64,000 nucleotides of DNA, taken from assembly GCF_964204865.1 (NCBI RefSeq), contig NC_135259.1:8060001-8124000 (forward strand), given 5' to 3'. Of this stretch, positions 57,889 through 64,000 are shown one piece after another (the stretch's first letter is position 1; each line of letters begins with the position of its first letter). The position numbers and the translations under genes are program-made. The notes beneath the pieces were generated by a model. The model saw nothing but the letters and a program-made list of their open reading frames with translations, ran no database searches and had not been told where the DNA came from. Origin of the DNA: Styela clava. Its lineage: Eukaryota.

Positions 57889-60323
57889 AGAAAGTGAATT
57901 TGGATAAATCAAGATTTGTTAAGTTATTTTTTGTTTCATGAAGTCAATAATTTATGTTACAGAAACGTTTTTGAAATATAAATATATAAATTTCATTTCT
58001 AGGGCAAAATCTTTCTCTCTAATTCTATGATGTAGGCGTCTTTTCATATATATTTTCAATATGTTTCGAATTGTATTTTATTCTGAATCGTCCATGGAAT
58101 ATTGGTTTTTGAGTATAAACTGTGATACAAAACATATATTATGTATTCGATTATTTGGATCCAAATAAATTCTGGAGTCTCTTATCAATAAAAATTTAAA
58201 TATCCATGCACATCCTATACGGTAGTTTAGTTTTTAACATATTTATATGATGACTTATAACTGTGAATAGATTCGAATTCCTTCTTTCTAAACAATATTT
58301 GTGAATCCTATTTCTCGTGGACAAGTCTGCATGTAACAAACTTCCAATGGGATTTTTTTAGAAGAGTCACTGCAGATATAGGTCGTATTATCCCCTTATC
58401 TGTGAAATTATTTTCTCAATTTTCTATGGTGCTGGTTATCATTTGAACAAAAATCAGTAGGTCGTTAAAAACTAAACTAAAATGTAAACGGGACCAGTAT
58501 CTACGTTAAATTACTGCCATATTTTAATATAAAACGTATCATCGAAATCAGAAAAGAGTTCGACCCCGAATCAAAAATTTCATGAGAAAATTTATCATGA
58601 TCGTTTTGTCTTATCTCTGAAGTGACTCTCCAAATGTGTTTGAATTGATGACCATTCTACGATGTGGCAACAAGTCTTAAAGTTTGTACAGTCACATTGC
58701 TCTATATTTATGTGGCAATACTATACCTACGTCAAAAGTGTAAAAATAAAATTTGGAAGAAAAAAGCTTTGGGTTTTGGGTTTTAAAAAAAATTACCTAT
58801 AATAAGACCCTACGAACTGTTTTATAAATGCTTGGATTTATCTCGCGGATTAATTTTCTGTTTTGATACATCCCAAGTGAATTAAGACATCTCGGATATA
58901 ATACTGGTCAACTGCGATTTGAACTTGAAATCTCTAACATGCCATGCTAATATAGATATATGTGATGTAATTATTGCACCCCATTCCATTGAGATTTGTT
59001 TTGTGTCATACTGTTGCCCATTGCTGTTTGAAGTCGTTGGTTCGGATACCTTGGTTAGCTGTTCTAAACATGCTTTCCAAGAAGTAATGCTGTATATTTA
59101 TTGTCACCACGTTGCTATTGTTCATTTGCAATTTGATATTTTTATATGTGATATTTTGTTTGATTTTTTATTTTAATATGCAAAATAAATAAATGAAGGT
59201 TAGAAAGAGGTAAGATTGAAATACAAAAATAAGCAGTTTTTGGCAAATTGTAGTCTGTTTTCTGACTGCTGATTATTCTATATTTGCATTTCTTGTATTC
59301 CTATTTCCTATATCGAATGCTGAAAATTTTGAAAGTCATTGATTTAGCAGTTTCAGATGAATGCATACTATAACAGCAACATCAATTTGTCAAAGTTTTT
59401 CTCTGTGTCTACTAGCGAGAGAGAGAAAACTTCGGTACATTGCAACTTTACTAAAGTCCAAGAAGAAACCGAAATATTATCTTATTAACAAAGTGGTATC
59501 AATAATAAACCATATAAAATTTAAAGAAGTTCGTGGTGAAGTAATTCCAAAAATATCAATTTTTAAAAATTATTGTTAATCCTATAAATATCTGGGAAAT
59601 TGTTGTTGCTGGTTATGTATATGCTTCTGTTACGACATAAACTTCTTTTCACCCACTCAACCGTTTCCTAATATTCAAAAGCTTGAAATAGATCCTTTGA
59701 ATAGGGTAATAGTTTTCGAATTCATTTACTGTCTGCGGTTTTTCAACCATTTCTTTATTTTGGGGAAAATTAGGTCATCAGATGAATTCTTCAATCATGC
59801 ATTTCGGAGAACGATTGTTCAAGCGTCATATTGTTGTGATAAAATTTGTATATATATATATGTGCACCCTCACTTGATCTTTTCCACGTTTGAAATTTCA
59901 GACTCAACGCAAATTTATTTCAGATCAGCTGTGTTCTTTGCACAAGTTCCTGGAATGGGGAGTTGAAAATAATGATGTTATTAATTTGAAAGCATCTGTA
60001 AATTTCAGGTCGTTAGCGAAAAAAGGCAGAAAGAACGAAGGAACCTCAGCTAATCTTAGAAAGCAAAGTGTCCGTGCAAAATGTTTAATCGAGCAAGTTT
60101 TATTTATACAAATGACCCAAATTATATATGTATGTTTGTGTATTTTCACAGTAACAGGTCATCGCAACCACAAGATGATTCTCAAGGACGCCATTTAGCG
60201 GAAATTGAACAGGAAGAACAAAAAAATAAGTGAAAAATCAACGAAGGTTCGTGTGTGCAATAAAAATCTTATAACTAACCCATGAAAGCGTTCGGAGTAG
60301 CCAGTGATTATATAACTAACGCT

Positions 60324-60550
60324 GGCGCTCCCGCAGTATGTAAACAAAAAAAAGCGGACATCTGAACATAGTATGTGTACCAGGTCAGGATTATTTGATA
60401 ATTTGATTCTAATTTTCCTTATTTAAGTTCTATTACGAGTCCGGGGACTAGCCAAGTGACTCCCGTAGTATTTGTAAAATTATAGCCTAACCCTAAACAC
60501 ATACTATGTTCCGGTGTCCGCCATCTTGGTTCACATACTACGGGAGTACC
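60324..60550. mobile_element. MITE of the GGCGCTCCCG family (longer form)
   Basis: Ends GGCGCTCCCGCAGTATGT / ACATACTACGGGAGTACC; internal CCTAACCCTAA. Confidence 0.7.
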
Positions 60551-62080
60551 CTAGCGCTAATCTGGTTAGATATTGTCGTATTCATTTGGTATTGATGAAT
60601 CATTTTCTTTTTAGTTGCTGATCAATGCGAAGACGAATCGAGAAACGACACGGACAAACAACAATAAAAATAGTATATTTTGTAAAACAAAAGGAATATA
60701 TGTAGTAATAAAACAATAAAATGTTATTTATTGTAACTATGTAAGTGTAATATAACAAATTCTAACTACTTTCTACTACGTTCTGATAATTAAAATTATT
60801 TGGTATAATTTGATACAAAACTGTTTTCGCCATTCTTTGCATTATCAAGTACAGTTATTTCTGCTGCGTTGTGGTGTCATTTGTCATGGTGTTAACATAA
60901 GTTTTATGAATTTGACGAGGATATTCAATACTTGTTCATTACAATTAGAGGATGTGTCAAATTTTTGTGCGCAACGTTTTTAAATTTAATGTATTCTTTA
61001 TAGAACTTTGGGATACATACTAAAACATTTGCAAAGGTTGCTTCAGATTTAGACTATTTGATGCCCATACTGGTCTTGTTCTCAATAGTACATATTTATC
61101 ACGAATTTGAGCAGTACTTACAATGATGGCAAGTCATGTAGTAATAACATTTAAATTTTGTAATTGTTCTTCTGTGTCTGCTTTGTAATTTTATATTTAA
61201 GTTCACAACAGTTCCCTGACCTCATTGCGTAAATGTTCCCGAGTCAGCTTCCTCCTAAAACCACTATCTGGGCCTGGTGAATCCCCCGAAAATTGTCAGG
61301 GAAAACATTCGAGTACAAAGAGCTCAATGGATAATATGAAGGAATTAATAACCATCTGTTTGGATTCTTATTGGATAAACTGAAAAATTACATGAGGGGT
61401 GTTTTTCTTGGTTCATAATATATAACTCCATCAAGCTTAATTTCCGGAAAAGCTCAAAATTGCATTCCGTAACAGCGATGTAAGAATCTGTGAATAAAAA
61501 AACTCACAACAACTCCAAAAACCACACATTCAAAGTGCAACTCCAATTCTGCATCTGTCAGATTTTCATATTATATATATATCTTGTTTATCCTAAATAC
61601 GTGTACTACACTGCAACCATAACTATAAGTTTACAATTGTAACTTGTGGTCGAGTATGAGATTCTATTGAAGAGTTTCTTTGTCATTCAGTTCTGTGATG
61701 TTTTGTAACGACGTCATCTTTTCATTTTTATTATAAGACCCCATGTTGAATATTACAGTGTCTTTAAATCTATTCAGAGAATGTTCTCAACCAACAGAAG
61801 TTGTAGATAAATCTGTCTATGTAGCTTTGAAATGATTATAATGAATTTTTGTTTTGATACATTTAGTTTTCATTTTTGAAGTGCCTGTTTTCAATTTTGT
61901 TCATATTGTTCTGATTTCTATTATGAAAAGTATAATCGATCTTGAAAATATTATAATCGATTTTATTTTTGACTTTTTAGCATTAATGCTATTTTAAATG
62001 TAAAAGTCAGTTGTGGTGGATTTCAACAAATTTATTCAAACTGATTTTCTTTGTACACCGCGTTCATAAAAATTACGGTC

Positions 62081-63275
62081 ATGGGAGATATACAACCAGA
62101 AATAAATTCAACTATAACCGCCCCATCATCTGAGGAAGAAATATCAAATAAACTACTTATACAATGTGCGGACCAGGAACCGAGTGAGTATCATACACTT
62201 TTTCCATATTAATAAATTGTTTTCATAGAATTCAAAAAAATACTTCATCATAAATTCATAATGCACAGAGAAAATGTTCTGACTGAATCATCTACAATGT
62301 TTGATTTTCAGGAAAATAAGCTTGCCCGCTTACTATATATTTACTTCCAAACCAATAATTGAATAAGAAAATATATTTAAAAATTAAACATTTTGAAGTT
62401 TAATAATTACTGAGTCCCTAGAAATAGCAAAACAGGTTTGAGTACATATGTAGACGAATATGTGGAGATCGCTTTAATTCAAAAAGCGGTGCATATTCGT
62501 ATACAGATAAACATTTTTACTCCATTCGATCCTGTGTCTAAGTTTTCTCAATTTTTCAAGGATGTCTATCTTTTGAAAGCAATGATTTCCTAATTTACTC
62601 AATAATACTTGACAAGTAGACTAAATTCTGTTGATAATGTCCAATCATCAAAATCACTTATATTTACCAGCTGAAAATAATAGCCGAAAACCGACTCCTG
62701 ATGTCGTTCCTGGTTCTTTGATTAGTGAACAAAATCAAATAGCAAGTAATTTATGCGTTCACTGTAAAAGCCCTTGCCAAAAAATATGCACTGCAGCCGG
62801 CCGCCCAGAATGTGCCAGGTATTTTCAAAATTTTTTATATTTGATTAGATTTAAAAAAAGTGTTGCGCTGTATAGTAGCTTTCGTAGATTTTGCTGAAAT
62901 ATACCGGCACTTGTTTCGACCAACTTGAATATTTTACATAAGTTTATGTAATGGCTATCAAACATTGCGTAAATCGTTTTTTAAATCTTATGGGCCATTT
63001 GGACTAAGCCCTATTCTTCAATTGTTAACACTATCTAGGAGTACTATGTAGTTGAATCTAGACAAATTTGATGTCCTCTGTGAATATATCAAATGAAAAT
63101 ATTATATACCTATAGGATATTTTGCAGTTGGAATAAAGTAGATTTCGATAAAACCTAATTTTATTTTTTCCAACATTTTAATATTATGCTACTATACATT
63201 TCAACTGAAAAACAGAGCCGCTGAACAAGTCGCCAATAAAGATTCAGACTCCGATCTGACTGAAGAATATGTAAC
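62081..63275 (+). CDS. Small orphan protein, copy 2; exons 62081-62183, 62671-62818, 63216-63275; probably continues beyond the window
   Basis: MGDIQPEINSTITAPSSEEEISNKLLIQCADQEP/TENNSRKPTPDVV..CVHCKSPCQKICTAAGRPECA/RAAEQVANKDSDSDLTEEYV; same splice positions and phases as copy 1. Confidence 0.75.
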
Positions 63276-64000
63276 GTATGTTTATAATTTTTGTAAAACA
63301 CCAAAACAAAATGATCAGTATACGTACTGCTGTTATATATGGATATTCCACTTCTAAGTCACTCTGCTTATTCAGTATATTCTTTAGTTTTCTTGTTAGG
63401 CTACATGCGAATCTGATGTCTACAGAGTTTATGACATGGGATGTTTTCCAGTAAATCCCCACGAATATCTATTTCCATAGACGAGCCCGAGATTAGTTGA
63501 AAAGTTAAACAGTATGATAACTATATTATAGTTGTGTGGTACATGCTTGTAACATGAAACAACAACATACAATACTAAAATGTACAGACACAAAGATCCC
63601 ATGTCTCACCGCAGTATCATAGCCTAAGCGACACTGGAATGCGCTATCTTATCCTTCAAAATGATCAGATAAAAATTGCAAATCAAGTTCCACCTCGGTA
63701 GCTATTCACGGGTAAGCCTGTAATACACCACCTAAGAATTGAGCCTCGACTTCGTCAGAAAGAGGACCGAATGGCATGGCCACGTGGTGTCGCAATATCT
63801 CACAAAACATCGCCTGCCATAACAATCAACGAAAATTTGACGAAATTAAAATAACAGTAATTTAGCAGCTTTGAACCATTTTAGGCACCAAAAATTCAAA
63901 ACCGATTAGTATATTAGTTTCCGAAAAAGAAGATTTTTCCCGTCGACGAATGCCACCCCAACAAAAATAATTTCAGTTAACCATCCATTTCGTGTCCAAT

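Overview
Eukaryotic, AT-rich genomic DNA with GT-AG introns. It is probably from a marine invertebrate such as an ascidian; this is inferred from composition, intron style and repeats, and is not verified. The first 26 kb is dominated by transposons. It holds intronless, disabled TPX2 and SNRPG copies, and an 8.9-kb AT-flanked element with inverted THAP-encoding arms and a YqaJ exonuclease relic (ISL2EU-like). A 4.9-kb TA-duplicating CACTA/EnSpm-like element is nested in that element. A 5.5-kb foldback element with a 9-bp TSD sits exactly on the first splice donor of ALKBH6, and a hAT nest with a broken transposase lies next to a 128-N gap. The rest holds phase-consistent multi-exon genes: two divergent orphan coiled-coil genes, a GT10 alpha-1,3-fucosyltransferase, a 3xBIR+RING IAP, and a tandem pair of small Cys-cluster orphan genes with conserved C/EBP- and kappaB-like promoter motifs. 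All gene models were built by hand from splice signals and reading phase; family calls come from remembered motifs, not database searches.
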